Shown one piece after another: positions 40,152 to 50,565 of a stretch of DNA of 64,000 nucleotides; position 1 is the first letter of the stretch; each line of letters starts with the position of its first letter. Location: assembly GCA_030827595.1 (NCBI GenBank), contig JAURED010000003.1, positions 29,985 to 93,984 of the forward strand, given 5' to 3'. The notes beneath the pieces are model-generated. The model was given only the letters and a program-made list of their open reading frames with translations. It was not told where the DNA came from and searched no databases. Made by a program: the position numbers and the translations under genes. Source of the DNA: Burkholderiales bacterium. GTDB taxonomy: Bacteria > Pseudomonadota > Gammaproteobacteria > Burkholderiales > Methylophilaceae.

Positions 40152-41176
40152 TGCTAAAAAGTTCTATTCTGATTGATGTTGTCGGCTATAACTTATCCCA
40201 AGAAGATATAAAGAGAATTTCACACCCTTTGGTTTGTGGGGTTATTCTCTTTTCAAGAAATTATAAAAATAAAGCACAATTATTAGAGTTAATTAAACAC
40301 ATAAAGTTAGTCAGAGCTGATTTGCTTATATCTGTCGACCATGAGGGAGGGAGGGTACAAAGATTCAAGGAAGAATTTTTCTTATTACCATCTATGGGCA
40401 AATTAGGAGAGATTTTTAATCAAGATCAAACCTTGGCTTTAAGATTAGCTGGATATTCTGGATGGCTTATTGCCAAAGAGCTTGGAGAGGTCGGAATAGA
40501 TTTAAATTTTTCACCTGTTTTGGATATTAATTATGGAAAAAGCAGTGTGATAGGCAATCGATCTTTTTCAAATGATGCACGGACGGTGATTTATCTGGCA
40601 AAACAATTTATCAATGGCCTAAATGCTGGAGGCATGTCAGCTGTTGGGAAACATTTTCCTGGACATGGGTTTATCCCTAATGATTCTCATCATGAAATAT
40701 CAACAGATTTAAGAACGATTGAAGAAATGTCTGACGACTTAAATTGTTTTAAAAGCTTTATTGATGATGACATTGCTGCATTAATGCCAAGTCATGTAAT
40801 TTACAATCAGGTTGATATTAAGCCGGCTAGTCTTTCAAAAAAATGGATTTTAGAATACTTGAGAAAAAGTTTAAAATTTAAAGGAATAGTGATTTCAGAT
40901 GACTTGAGTATGAGAGGGGTTGCGGACTATATTCCAGATATTTACGAACGCGTCATGGTGGCATTTGATGCTGGATGCAATATTGTATTAATTTGTAATG
41001 AGCCTAATACCGTTGATGAGCTACTTGATCAAGTTAATCCAAAAAATGTAAAACCACAAAATTTTAAACAAATTCGATTAAATCAAGCAAAAAATAAAAA
41101 CTTACGCTTTGATAATTTTACTTTAGATGAAGTAAAACACTTTATGATCAAAGAGAGTTTTGTTGAAAATGCTTGA
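40151..41176 (+). CDS. nagZ: Beta-N-acetylhexosaminidase (GH3)
   Basis: GVILFSRN, VDHEGGRVQR, KHFPGHG...DSH, SDDLSM. Start probably the TAATG overlap at 40151 (track gives 40139). Confidence 0.95.
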   Translation: MLKSSILIDVVGYNLSQEDIKRISHPLVCGVILFSRNYKNKAQLLELIKHIKLVRADLLISVDHEGGRVQRFKEEFFLLPSMGKLGEIFNQDQTLALRLAGYSGWLIAKELGEVGIDLNFSPVLDINYGKSSVIGNRSFSNDARTVIYLAKQFINGLNAGGMSAVGKHFPGHGFIPNDSHHEISTDLRTIEEMSDDLNCFKSFIDDDIAALMPSHVIYNQVDIKPASLSKKWILEYLRKSLKFKGIVISDDLSMRGVADYIPDIYERVMVAFDAGCNIVLICNEPNTVDELLDQVNPKNVKPQNFKQIRLNQAKNKNLRFDNFTLDEVKHFMIKESFVENA

Positions 41177-41241
41177 AACTTTTAGTTATGTTATATAATC
41201 TATATGTGTGTTTAACTTATTAATTTGTAAAGGAAAATTTT

Positions 41242-41925
41242 ATGCAAGATAACTTTAATATTGCCTCCTCGTCATCTGCGATTCAGAGCAATAAAGTTCT
41301 AAGAAGCACTTATGCGTTATTAGGCTTTTCGCTCATCCCAACAGTAATTGGGGCTCTATTAGGTATGAGTATGAGTTTTGGCTTTGCTGCACAAAGTCCA
41401 ATCATGTTTAGTTTGCTTATGTTCGCAGGTATTTTTGGATTATTTTTTCTTATTTCAGCTAATAGAAATAGTAGTTTAGGAGTTGTCTTTCTTTTAGCAC
41501 TTACATTTTTTCTTGGAGTGATGCTTGGCCCGATACTTCAATTTGCTTTTAGTATGAGCAATGGGGGACAAATTGTAACTTTGGCTGCCGGTGGAACCGC
41601 ATCCATATTTTTAGTTTTGTCTGCCGTAGCAACAACTTCAAAACGTGATTTTAGTTTTATGGGTAAATTTCTAGTTATTGGTTTAGTGTTGTTAATCCTT
41701 GCCTCGCTAGTAAATTTATTTTTTCAAGTCCCAGCTGCATCATTAGCAATCTCTGCGATCGCCGTCCTAATTTTTTCTGGCTTCATCCTTTTTGATGTGA
41801 ACAGAATTGTTCGTGGAGGTGAAACAAACTACATCATGGCAACTCTTGCTCTGTACATGAATATATATAATTTATTTGTAAATTTACTTCATTTGCTATT
41901 AGCATTCATGGGTAACCGTGATTGA
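41242..41925 (+). CDS. yccA: Bax inhibitor-1/YccA family membrane protein
   Basis: NKVLRSTY.LL, DFSFMG.FL, GGETNYIMAT..LY..IYNLF. Confidence 0.92.
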   Translation: MQDNFNIASSSSAIQSNKVLRSTYALLGFSLIPTVIGALLGMSMSFGFAAQSPIMFSLLMFAGIFGLFFLISANRNSSLGVVFLLALTFFLGVMLGPILQFAFSMSNGGQIVTLAAGGTASIFLVLSAVATTSKRDFSFMGKFLVIGLVLLILASLVNLFFQVPAASLAISAIAVLIFSGFILFDVNRIVRGGETNYIMATLALYMNIYNLFVNLLHLLLAFMGNRD

Positions 41926-41941
41926 TTAATTTAAGTTTTCT

Positions 41942-41969
41942 AAAAGGCTACTTTTTTAAGTAGCCTTTT
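41942..41969. terminator. Bidirectional intrinsic terminator
   Basis: AAAAGGCTACTT-tttt-AAGTAGCCTTTT between the convergent yccA and fdx genes. Confidence 0.85.
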
Positions 41970-42302
41970 TTATTCCTTTGCTAAATTGATTGTGTATTTC
42001 GGTATTTCAATAGTGAGGTCATCGTTTTGTATGATACTTTGACATGATAATCTTGATTTAGGCGTTAATCCCCATGCTTTATCAAGCATATCATCCTCTA
42101 AATCATCGGATGGAGGCAAAGACGCATAACCCTCCTTAATAATCACATGGCAAGTGGTGCAAGCACAAACTTTGTCACATGCATGTTCAATGTCAATATT
42201 ATTGTTAAGCAGGGTGTCGCAAATAGTATCTCCAGGATTTGCATCAAGAAGATCTCCATTAGGGCACAGTTCTTCATGAGGTAATACAATAATTTTTGGC
42301 AT
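41970..42302 (-). CDS. fdx: ISC [2Fe-2S] ferredoxin
   Basis: EHACDKVCACTTCHV, DKAWGL, RLSCQ. Confidence 0.95.
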   Translation of the reverse strand: MPKIIVLPHEELCPNGDLLDANPGDTICDTLLNNNIDIEHACDKVCACTTCHVIIKEGYASLPPSDDLEDDMLDKAWGLTPKSRLSCQSIIQNDDLTIEIPKYTINLAKE

Positions 42303-42304
42303 AA

Positions 42305-44140
42305 TTAATAATCTATGTTGTTAATATTTTTTCCAGAAAATGCTGATCGAACAGAGCGATCCATTCGTTTTTCAGCGAATGACGTGCTTGTATTATTGAG
42401 CATGTCGATAGCTTCTTTAATTTTTTGCGGATCGTTTAAATCAATCTCTTTTTTTAAATCCACTAGAGATTTATGAATACTATGGGACTCATTTTCATCG
42501 AGTAGATGCCCATCTTCAGTAATTGCTTTTTCAGTTAACTCTATGATTTGATTAGCTTCTACAACAATTTCAGCCAGAGATCTAAATTCTTTATCTATAT
42601 TCGCATTTATAAATGAATCTTCAAGCATTTTCCTAATAGACTTATCATCGATGCCATAAGAGGGCTTAACTTCAACTTTTGTTTTATTCCCTGTGGTCAA
42701 TTCTTCTGCAGATACGGTCAGCATACTGTCTGCGTCAACTTGGAATATTACTCTCACTTTCGCGGCACCTGCGGGTAAAGGCGGTATATCTTTAAGAATA
42801 AATTCGGCCAAAGATCTATTTTCAGAAACTTTTTCTCGTTCACCTTGAACTACATGAATTTTCATCATTGTTTGTCCATCTTTATAGGTAGTAAACTCTT
42901 GTGCTTTAGCAATCGGAATTGTTGAGTTTCTCGGGATGATTTTTTCTACTAAATCTCCCATAGTTTCAATTCCTAGAGATAGAGGAGTTACGTCAAGAAG
43001 AAGCGTGTCGTCATCGCTCTGTCCAGATAAGGCTTGAGCTTGTCTGGCAGCTCCTATGGCTACCACCTCATCAGGGTTTAAATCATTTAACAGTGACTGT
43101 TTAAAAAATTGTTGAATATATTTTTGAATCACGGGCATTCGAGTTGATCCGCCGACCATAACCACTCCGTCGATGTCGGTCACATTTAAGTCAGCATCAA
43201 ATAAAGCATTTTTTACGCATTGTATAGTTTTATCGATTAGGGTGATTGCCAAATTTTCAAAGGTTTTGGACGATAAGCTTACATTTAAATTATGATTTTT
43301 GAAATTTAAATGTTCATTCAAATGATCATTTTTAGTTAATTTTTCCTTGATCATTTTTGCAATATTATTTAACTTTTCATGATCCTCTGAGTTAAGATGT
43401 TCAAGCGTATTTTGTTTAATTATTTCATGTTTAATGATTTGATCGAAATCATCACCTCCTAAAGAGGCATTTCCATTCGTTGATAAAACTTCAAAAACTC
43501 CTTTGCTAAATCTTAAAATGGAGATATCAAAAGTCCCCCCTCCAAGATCATATATTGCATAGACCCCCTCTTTTTTTGTATCTAATCCATAGGCAAGTGC
43601 CGCTGCTGTTGGTTCATTGATAAGTCTTAAAACATTTATTCCGGCTAGTTGAGCAGCATCCTTGGTAGCCTGTCTTTGCCCTTCATCAAAGTATGCAGGA
43701 ACAGTTATAACTGCTCCAAAAATATCATCTTGAAACCTCTCAGTCGCAATCTGTTTTAATTTCTTTAAGATTTCTGATGATATTTCAACGGGAGTTTTGA
43801 GACCTTGATGTGTTTGTATAAAAATATCTTCACGTTCTTTATCTATTTTGAAAGGCAGAGCATGGGTATCAATATCTTTGAGTTTTTTCCCGAGGTATCT
43901 TTTAATGCTACTAATTATATTTTTATGTTCTGGAATGTCATGTCCAATTAAAACTTCATTTTCATCATATAAAACTTTTGAAGGTATAAGGCGATGTTCA
44001 CCATCTGAAAGGATTGTAGGGACTCCGCTGATGACTGAAGCTACTAAAGAGTTTGTTGTTCCCAAATCAATTCCAATTGATAGTTTTCTTTGATGAGGTT
44101 CTGTGCTTTTTCCTGGTTCTGAGATTTGAAGAAGTGCCAT
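42305..44140 (-). CDS. hscA: Fe-S chaperone HscA
   Basis: [19 protein letters not shown], Hsp70 fold; within the isc operon. Confidence 0.96.
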   Translation of the reverse strand: MALLQISEPGKSTEPHQRKLSIGIDLGTTNSLVASVISGVPTILSDGEHRLIPSKVLYDENEVLIGHDIPEHKNIISSIKRYLGKKLKDIDTHALPFKIDKEREDIFIQTHQGLKTPVEISSEILKKLKQIATERFQDDIFGAVITVPAYFDEGQRQATKDAAQLAGINVLRLINEPTAAALAYGLDTKKEGVYAIYDLGGGTFDISILRFSKGVFEVLSTNGNASLGGDDFDQIIKHEIIKQNTLEHLNSEDHEKLNNIAKMIKEKLTKNDHLNEHLNFKNHNLNVSLSSKTFENLAITLIDKTIQCVKNALFDADLNVTDIDGVVMVGGSTRMPVIQKYIQQFFKQSLLNDLNPDEVVAIGAARQAQALSGQSDDDTLLLDVTPLSLGIETMGDLVEKIIPRNSTIPIAKAQEFTTYKDGQTMMKIHVVQGEREKVSENRSLAEFILKDIPPLPAGAAKVRVIFQVDADSMLTVSAEELTTGNKTKVEVKPSYGIDDKSIRKMLEDSFINANIDKEFRSLAEIVVEANQIIELTEKAITEDGHLLDENESHSIHKSLVDLKKEIDLNDPQKIKEAIDMLNNTSTSFAEKRMDRSVRSAFSGKNINNIDY

Positions 44141-44631
44141 TAAATTGTTTGATGCATCCTTTGTTTTAATTTTGTCTTAAATTTACTTAAAAATATTAAT
44201 TCATTCATTTTATTTGATACTTCAACCAGATTTTTCTGATTAAATAGGATTGTAAGTTTTTCGATTTCACATTCAAGAATTTGTGCTATTTCTATGTGAA
44301 GCATTTCAATTTTATTTAAATCATGAGAATTTTCTTCTAGATAATCTTCATATTCCATTTGTTTAATGAGAAATTCAGGATTTGTTTGGTTATTTAGCTC
44401 TATTTTATTGCATTTAAGCAAATACTCGGCTCTGTATAGATCATCCTTCAAAATCTCAAACCCATCGTTAATCATTGATGAATTAAGTAAAGCTAAAGTT
44501 TTCTCATGATCTGAAGCAGATGCGTAATTGTCTGGATGATATTTTTTTTGCAACTCCAAGAATTTCTTTTTTAGATTATTTTGACAGATTTTAAATGAAG
44601 GTTTTATTTCAAAGATTTCAAAAAACTTCAT
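44140..44631 (-). CDS. hscB: Co-chaperone HscB
   Basis: J-domain YHPD, RAEYLL, FL..QME. Confidence 0.92.
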   Translation of the reverse strand: MKFFEIFEIKPSFKICQNNLKKKFLELQKKYHPDNYASASDHEKTLALLNSSMINDGFEILKDDLYRAEYLLKCNKIELNNQTNPEFLIKQMEYEDYLEENSHDLNKIEMLHIEIAQILECEIEKLTILFNQKNLVEVSNKMNELIFLSKFKTKLKQRMHQTI

Positions 44632-44954
44632 TACACAGTAAAGCTTTCACCGCAGCCACATTCATCTTTTACATTTGGGTTATTAAATTTAAACCCCTCA
44701 TTAATACCCTCACGAGTAAAATCAAGTTCAGTACCATCGATATAAACTAAACTCTTAGGATCAACATAAATTTTTATATTATTACTTTCAAATACCACAT
44801 CTTCTGGGTTTTGCTGATCCAAAAACTCAAGAGTATAAGCCATTCCTGAGCATCCTGTGGTTTTTACACCCAATCTCAACCCAATCCCTTTACCCCGGTT
44901 TTTTAAGTATTTATCAACTCTTTCTGCCGCTTTTTTTGTTAACGAGATTGCCAT
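44631..44954 (-). CDS. iscA: Fe-S assembly protein IscA
   Basis: TTGCSG, CGCGESF. Confidence 0.96.
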   Translation of the reverse strand: MAISLTKKAAERVDKYLKNRGKGIGLRLGVKTTGCSGMAYTLEFLDQQNPEDVVFESNNIKIYVDPKSLVYIDGTELDFTREGINEGFKFNNPNVKDECGCGESFTV

Positions 44955-45332
44955 TTATTTTTTACTTTTTAAATCATTGATAGCAGCTTTAATTGCATCT
45001 TCAGCCAATACAGAACAATGAATTTTTACAGGAGGTAACGCAAGTTCTTCAGCGATAGCAGAATTTTTAATTGATTCTGCTTCATCAAGAGTCTTACCTT
45101 TGAGCATTTCAGTCACTAAGCTACTAGATGCTATGGCTGAACCACATCCATACGTTTTAAATTTAGCATCTTCTATAAGTCCGTCTTTGCCTAATTTAAT
45201 TTGTAATTTCATGACGTCACCACACGCTGGGGCACCCACCATCCCAGTTCCTACATTGGGATCATTTTTATCTAATGATCCAACATTTCTTGGATTTTCA
45301 TAATGATCTAATACTTTATCGCTATAAGCCAT
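44955..45332 (-). CDS. iscU: Fe-S scaffold IscU
   Basis: HYENPRNVG, APACGD, YGCGSAIASSS, LPPVKIHC. Confidence 0.97.
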   Translation of the reverse strand: MAYSDKVLDHYENPRNVGSLDKNDPNVGTGMVGAPACGDVMKLQIKLGKDGLIEDAKFKTYGCGSAIASSSLVTEMLKGKTLDEAESIKNSAIAEELALPPVKIHCSVLAEDAIKAAINDLKSKK

Positions 45333-45348
45333 TTAATTTCTCCTTAAT

Positions 45349-46560
45349 TTAATGAGCAGCCCACTCAACTTTTTCAAGATCAACACCATCTTTGAACATT
45401 TCCCAAAGAGGGGATAGCTCTCTTAATTTGCCAATTTTCTGTTTTAATAAGTCTATTGCATGATTGATATCCGCTTCGGTGGTGTAACGTCCGATTGAAA
45501 ACCGAATTGAGCTATGTGCTAATTCATCTGACCGCCCTAAAGCTCTGAGAACATAGCTAGGTTCTAAACTGGCAGATGTACATGCAGACCCACTGGAGAC
45601 TGCAATATCTTTAATGGCCATAATTAAAGACTCTCCTTCAACATAATTAAAACTAATGTTGAGATTATGCGGCACTCTATGGTTAAGATCACCATTCACA
45701 TAAACCTCTTCAATTTCTGTGAGACCTTGCAATAACTGATCATGTAATTTTTTAATTCTTTTATTCTCATCATGCATCTCTTCTTTTGCTATCTTAAAAG
45801 CTTCCCCCATACCGACAATTTGGTGGGTAGCTAATGTTCCTGAGCGCATTCCACGCTCATGACCACCACCATGCATTTGAGCTTGCAGTCTAATTCTTGG
45901 TTTGCGTCTGACATATAAGGCGCCAATGCCCTTTGGACCATAAGTTTTATGAGCAGAAAAACTCATGACATCCACAGGTAATTTGGTTAAGTCGATATCA
46001 ACTTTTCCAGTGGCTTGAGCAGCATCCACATGGAAAATTACATTATGCTCTCTACAAATATTTCCAAGTGAATTAATATCTTGAATCACACCGATTTCGT
46101 TATTTACAAACATCACCGAAGCTAAAACAGTATCAGGCCTTATTGCAGCTTTAAACTTTTCAATATTGATTAAGCCATTGGGTTCAGGAGTGAGATAAGT
46201 TGCCTCATAGCCAATTCTCTCTAGCTCTCTAAATGCATCAATTACAGCTTTATGTTCAGTGGCTACGGTAATAATATGTTTACCTTTATCTTTACTATAA
46301 AACTCGGCAATGCCTTTAATAGCAAGATTATTTGATTCAGTAGCGCCACTGGTCCAAACAATTTCTTTAGGGTCAGCATTAACAAGATCAGCAACATGTC
46401 TTCGGGCTTCTTCAACTGCTTTTTCAGCCGTCCATCCATACGGATGACTTCTTGACGCAGGATTACCAAATTCCTCAGTGATAAACGGAATCATTTTTTC
46501 AGCTACCCTTTTGTCAACTGGGGTGGTTGCTGAATAGTCCATATAAATCGGTAATTTCAT
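45349..46560 (-). CDS. iscS: Cysteine desulfurase IscS
   Basis: [47 protein letters not shown]. Confidence 0.97.
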   Translation of the reverse strand: MKLPIYMDYSATTPVDKRVAEKMIPFITEEFGNPASRSHPYGWTAEKAVEEARRHVADLVNADPKEIVWTSGATESNNLAIKGIAEFYSKDKGKHIITVATEHKAVIDAFRELERIGYEATYLTPEPNGLINIEKFKAAIRPDTVLASVMFVNNEIGVIQDINSLGNICREHNVIFHVDAAQATGKVDIDLTKLPVDVMSFSAHKTYGPKGIGALYVRRKPRIRLQAQMHGGGHERGMRSGTLATHQIVGMGEAFKIAKEEMHDENKRIKKLHDQLLQGLTEIEEVYVNGDLNHRVPHNLNISFNYVEGESLIMAIKDIAVSSGSACTSASLEPSYVLRALGRSDELAHSSIRFSIGRYTTEADINHAIDLLKQKIGKLRELSPLWEMFKDGVDLEKVEWAAH

Positions 46561-46573
46561 TTTTTTTCCTTAA

Positions 46574-47713
46574 TTAATTCAGTATTGAAGTGTAAGTTAA
46601 TAAGCGGTTAACCTCTAATTTTATTTTTTCCAGCAAGAAACCAATATCTTCTTTCGTATTTTGGACGCCAAGACTTAATCGAACTGCACTTTGTGCTTGT
46701 TGATCTTCTATTCCCATTGCTAAAAGTACATGACTTGGTTCTTTGTTGTTCGAGGAACAAGCTGATCCACTAGCAATGCCGATTCCATGTTTATCTAGTG
46801 CAGTTATCAGTGTTGCCCCGTCAATATTTGGAAAACCAAAAAAACTGGTATTGGCAACCCTTGGACTGGCTTCAGCAAAAATAACTCCACCCATGAGCTT
46901 GATATTTTTTTCAAAAAAATCTCTTAGCTCTTTTAAATAGACTGTTTTTTTCAATTTCTCTTTGGCAAGTTCACAAGCTTTTCCAAAACCAACAATAGAT
47001 GCAATATTTTCAGTACCACTTCTTAGACCAGATTCTTGTCCTCCACCATAAATTAGCGGCTCAATATCTAATCCATTTTTTATAACTAAAGCCGCAATAC
47101 CTTGGGGGCCATTTACTTTGTGACTTGAAATGCTCATAGCATCTAAATTTAGATCATTAAACTCTAATTTAATTTTTCCGAGAGCCTGGACTGCATCGCT
47201 ATGGAGTAAAACATTGTTACCTAAATTTTCTTTTATTTTTTTTAAGTCATGAATAACGCCAGATTCATTATTTACATACATTAAACTGACGATATTGATG
47301 TCATTTTTATTTAATTTTTTAAAAAATGTTTCATCAATTTCACCAGATGATTTCACAGGTATTACTTCAGAAAAAATTCCAATATTTTGAAGTTGTTGCA
47401 TCGGTTTAGAAATACAAGGATGCTCAGTCGCGCCATAAAAAAATTTGGCATCTGGATTTACTCTTGCCATCCCATTAACGAACCAATTGTTACTTTCACT
47501 TCCGCTGGATGTAAAGAATACTTCTTTGGGTAAAGCTCCCACTGCATTCGCTACCTGAATTCTTGCTTCTTCCACAAGCCGGTGAGCTTTGCGACCAAAG
47601 GAATGATTGCTCGATGGATTCCCAAGTTGAGAGTCCCAACAATCTTGCATGCTTTGTATTACCTCAGGATCAACCCTAGTCGTTGCATTATTATCAAAAT
47701 AAAGCGAACTCAA
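46574..47713 (-). CDS. Second cysteine desulfurase, NifS/IscS-like
   Basis: YFDNNATT, GNPSS.H, SSHK..GPQG, SGSACSS; lacks the IscS C-terminal SPLW tail. Confidence 0.9.
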   Translation of the reverse strand: MSSLYFDNNATTRVDPEVIQSMQDCWDSQLGNPSSNHSFGRKAHRLVEEARIQVANAVGALPKEVFFTSSGSESNNWFVNGMARVNPDAKFFYGATEHPCISKPMQQLQNIGIFSEVIPVKSSGEIDETFFKKLNKNDINIVSLMYVNNESGVIHDLKKIKENLGNNVLLHSDAVQALGKIKLEFNDLNLDAMSISSHKVNGPQGIAALVIKNGLDIEPLIYGGGQESGLRSGTENIASIVGFGKACELAKEKLKKTVYLKELRDFFEKNIKLMGGVIFAEASPRVANTSFFGFPNIDGATLITALDKHGIGIASGSACSSNNKEPSHVLLAMGIEDQQAQSAVRLSLGVQNTKEDIGFLLEKIKLEVNRLLTYTSILN

Positions 47714-48192
47714 ACTCTGACTCCATGATCTTTCGCATAATGATTTTCGAAGAAATCAATGCGATGATCTTTTTTATCATTCTGGCTAATGTGATAGTTA
47801 TCGTACAAGTCTTGAAGCGATAAGCTATCAAGATAACTTAATATTTTTTTGTTAACTGAAATCCATAAATCGTGGGTCATGCATCGATTGCCTGCGTGAC
47901 AATTTTCTGTCCCCCCACATTGCGTAGCATCAATTTTTTCATCAACAGCTGCAATAATTTGTCTTACAGTAATTTCAGTATAAGCTTTGATGATTTTATA
48001 TCCTCCACCGGGACCCCTAATGCTAGATACTATTTCTCGTCTTCTAAGTTTACTGAATAACTGCTCCAGATAAGACAATGAAATACCTTGTCTTTCAGAG
48101 ACGGCAAGCAACGTAACAGGACCCTGTTTTTGATTGAGGGCAATATCTAAAATTGCAGAAACTGCAAATCTACCTTTTGTAGTTAATTTCAT
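47710..48192 (-). CDS. iscR: Fe-S cluster regulator IscR (Rrf2 family)
   Basis: MKLTTKGRFAV, SLSYLEQLF, RGPGGGY, C-x5-C-x5-C-x2-H ligand motif. Confidence 0.95.
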   Translation of the reverse strand: MKLTTKGRFAVSAILDIALNQKQGPVTLLAVSERQGISLSYLEQLFSKLRRREIVSSIRGPGGGYKIIKAYTEITVRQIIAAVDEKIDATQCGGTENCHAGNRCMTHDLWISVNKKILSYLDSLSLQDLYDNYHISQNDKKDHRIDFFENHYAKDHGVRV

Positions 48193-48208
48193 AATTATAA
48201 TTATATAA

Positions 48209-48233
48209 AAACTTGACTAATTTGATCAACTAT
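48209..48233. promoter_or_regulatory. Type-1 IscR operator overlapping the iscR -35
   Basis: AAACTTGACTAATTTGATCAACTAT against consensus ATASYYGACTRWWWYAGTCRRSTAT; minus-strand promoter TTGATC-N18-TATAAT. Confidence 0.8.
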
Positions 48234-48250
48234 TATTTGATAAAGTTCAA

Positions 48251-48898
48251 TTATTTATGTTTTAAAGAATCGATTTCTTTTTGTTGTTTGTCGAGCAAGG
48301 CTAGAATCTCGTCAATTGACTTAAGAACAGGATCAGACGGATCCTTGCCAACAGCGTAGGCACTAAATTTATTTAAACTTTGGTCACTTTCGATAATTTT
48401 GGCTGGAATACCGACAGCAGTGGAATCCTCTGGAATGTCCGACACAACGACGGCATTAGAACCTATCTTCGAATTTTTACCTATCATTATTGGACCCAGC
48501 ACTTTTGCCCCCGCACCAATCACTACGTTATCACCAAGTGTTGGATGTCTTTTGCCTTTTTTCCAAGTTGTACCTCCAAGCGTTACCCCATGGTAAAGGG
48601 TACAATCATTACCAATAATTGATGTTTCTCCTATCACAACACCCATGCCATGATCAATAAAAAATCTTTGCCCAATTTTTGCACCCGGATGTATTTCTAT
48701 CCCAGTGAGTAGGCGTCCAAGATGAGACACCATGCGTGCAATCAATTTTAATTTTAATAACCACAAACGGTGAGCAAGTCGATGTAACATAACGGCATGC
48801 ACCCCAGGGTAGGTCATCAAAATTTCAATATAGTTTCGAGCAGCAGGATCTCTTTGAAAAACAACCGCTAAATCATCTCGAAATTGTTTAAAAAACAT
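48251..48898 (-). CDS. cysE: Serine O-acetyltransferase
   Basis: [35 protein letters not shown]. Confidence 0.96.
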   Translation of the reverse strand: MFFKQFRDDLAVVFQRDPAARNYIEILMTYPGVHAVMLHRLAHRLWLLKLKLIARMVSHLGRLLTGIEIHPGAKIGQRFFIDHGMGVVIGETSIIGNDCTLYHGVTLGGTTWKKGKRHPTLGDNVVIGAGAKVLGPIMIGKNSKIGSNAVVVSDIPEDSTAVGIPAKIIESDQSLNKFSAYAVGKDPSDPVLKSIDEILALLDKQQKEIDSLKHK

Positions 48899-48946
48899 AA
48901 TTTTTGTATTGCAAGTAAAAATAGAATCAGAATGTTATCACAAATA

Positions 48947-48971
48947 ATAACTGACTAAAATAGTTGGTTTC
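48947..48971. promoter_or_regulatory. Second IscR type-1-like operator upstream of cysE
   Basis: ATAACTGACTAAAATAGTTGGTTTC closely fits the type-1 consensus. Confidence 0.65.
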
Positions 48972-49705
48972 TAATCAATTTTTTTATTAATTTGATTTAA
49001 TATTCCTCTTAAAATATTTACTTCATCTTTATCCATTTGAATTCTATTAAACATCAGTCGTATTCGATGCATGAGTCTTTTGCCTTGAACTTCATCGTAT
49101 AACTCTAAATTTTTTAATGTGTCTTCAAGGTGTGCATAAAAACCATTCTGCTCAGCAAAGCTAGCTATTTCTCTGTGTTTAGTTGTTGTATTAAATTCTT
49201 TTAGATTGATCTCCTGGCGAAGCGCATAAGCCACAACCTGAACGGCTTGAGATAAATTCAGTGAGGAATAACTCTTGTTAGCATCAATGTAGCCCAGATA
49301 ATGACAATGTTGAATTTCATCATTCGAGAGACCTGAAGTTTCATTGCCAAAAAATAATCCAATTTTATTAGTGATACCAAGCTCAATTATTTTTTTTGCT
49401 ACCTCATCCGAGGACAGGTGTGCTTGAGTTAATTCTCGCCTACGTGCGGTAAATCCAACAATAATATTGTTATCAGCTAAGGCTTCCTCGATATTTGTAA
49501 TAACCTTTGCTTTTTCTAAAACATCATTAGCTCCCGAGGCTAATGCATCTGCTTCAGAATGAGGAAATTTTTCTGGACATAATAAGGTCAGTCTATTAAA
49601 GCCCATGGTTTTCATCGCTCTTGCCGAGGCGCCAATATTTCCAGGGTGACTGGTATGTGACAGAATAAAAGTTATATTTTTATAAATTTCTTTTTTTGAA
49701 TTCAT
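48971..49705 (-). CDS. trmJ: tRNA C32/U32 2'-O-methyltransferase
   Basis: SHPGNIGASARAMKTMG, FGNETSGL, YSSLNLSQAV. Confidence 0.92.
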   Translation of the reverse strand: MNSKKEIYKNITFILSHTSHPGNIGASARAMKTMGFNRLTLLCPEKFPHSEADALASGANDVLEKAKVITNIEEALADNNIIVGFTARRRELTQAHLSSDEVAKKIIELGITNKIGLFFGNETSGLSNDEIQHCHYLGYIDANKSYSSLNLSQAVQVVAYALRQEINLKEFNTTTKHREIASFAEQNGFYAHLEDTLKNLELYDEVQGKRLMHRIRLMFNRIQMDKDEVNILRGILNQINKKID

Positions 49706-49761
49706 TTTATTCCATTAGAATGACACATTATTATTAATTAAGAAATTCGTACGGAAAAAAA

Positions 49762-50565
49762 ATGCACCCAATGCTAAATACTGCAGTTAAAGCAGCTCGA
49801 AAAGCTGGCTCAATGATATTAAGAGCTGCAGAGGATATAGATCAGTTAACAGTAAAAAATAAATCTGCTAATGATTTTGTATCTGAAGTTGATTTGGCTT
49901 CTGAAGAAATAATTATCGATACTCTAAAAGCGGCATATCCAACTCACGGTTTTTTGGGAGAAGAGTCTGGATTTAATGATAATAATTCGGAGTTTATTTG
50001 GATCATTGATCCCTTAGACGGCACAACAAATTTTCTTCATCAATTTCCTCAATATTGTGTTTCTATAGCGTTAATGCATAAAGGTGAAATCACCCAAGCG
50101 GTTATTTATGACCCCAATCGTAATGATTTATTTACCGCAACAAAGGGCAGGGGTGCATTTTTAAATGATCGCCGTCTTAGAGTCTCAAAAAAGACAAAAT
50201 TAAAAGAGTCTATTATTGGAACAGGGTTTCCCTTCAGAGATTTTTCTCATTTACCGAGTTACTTAAAAATGTTTGAAGAGATGGTGCTCAGCACTTCGGG
50301 AATTAGAAGGCCTGGATCTGCAGCTCTGGATTTAGCCTATGTTGCTGCGGGTTGGTTTGATGGTTTTTGGGAAATCGGTTTATCTAAATGGGATATTGCA
50401 GCGGGAGCTTTATTGGTGAAAGAAGCAGGAGGAATTGTTTCCGATTTTAACGAAAAACAAGCTTGGCTGAAAACAGGGAATATCCTCGCTTCGAATGGAA
50501 AGATTTATGATGATTTTATTAAGATTGTGCAAAAACACATGAGTGATGAATTAAAACATCAATGA
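49762..50565 (+). CDS. suhB: Inositol monophosphatase / SuhB
   Basis: MHPMLNTAVKAAR, WIIDPLDGTTNF, WDIAAG. Confidence 0.96.
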   Translation: MHPMLNTAVKAARKAGSMILRAAEDIDQLTVKNKSANDFVSEVDLASEEIIIDTLKAAYPTHGFLGEESGFNDNNSEFIWIIDPLDGTTNFLHQFPQYCVSIALMHKGEITQAVIYDPNRNDLFTATKGRGAFLNDRRLRVSKKTKLKESIIGTGFPFRDFSHLPSYLKMFEEMVLSTSGIRRPGSAALDLAYVAAGWFDGFWEIGLSKWDIAAGALLVKEAGGIVSDFNEKQAWLKTGNILASNGKIYDDFIKIVQKHMSDELKHQ

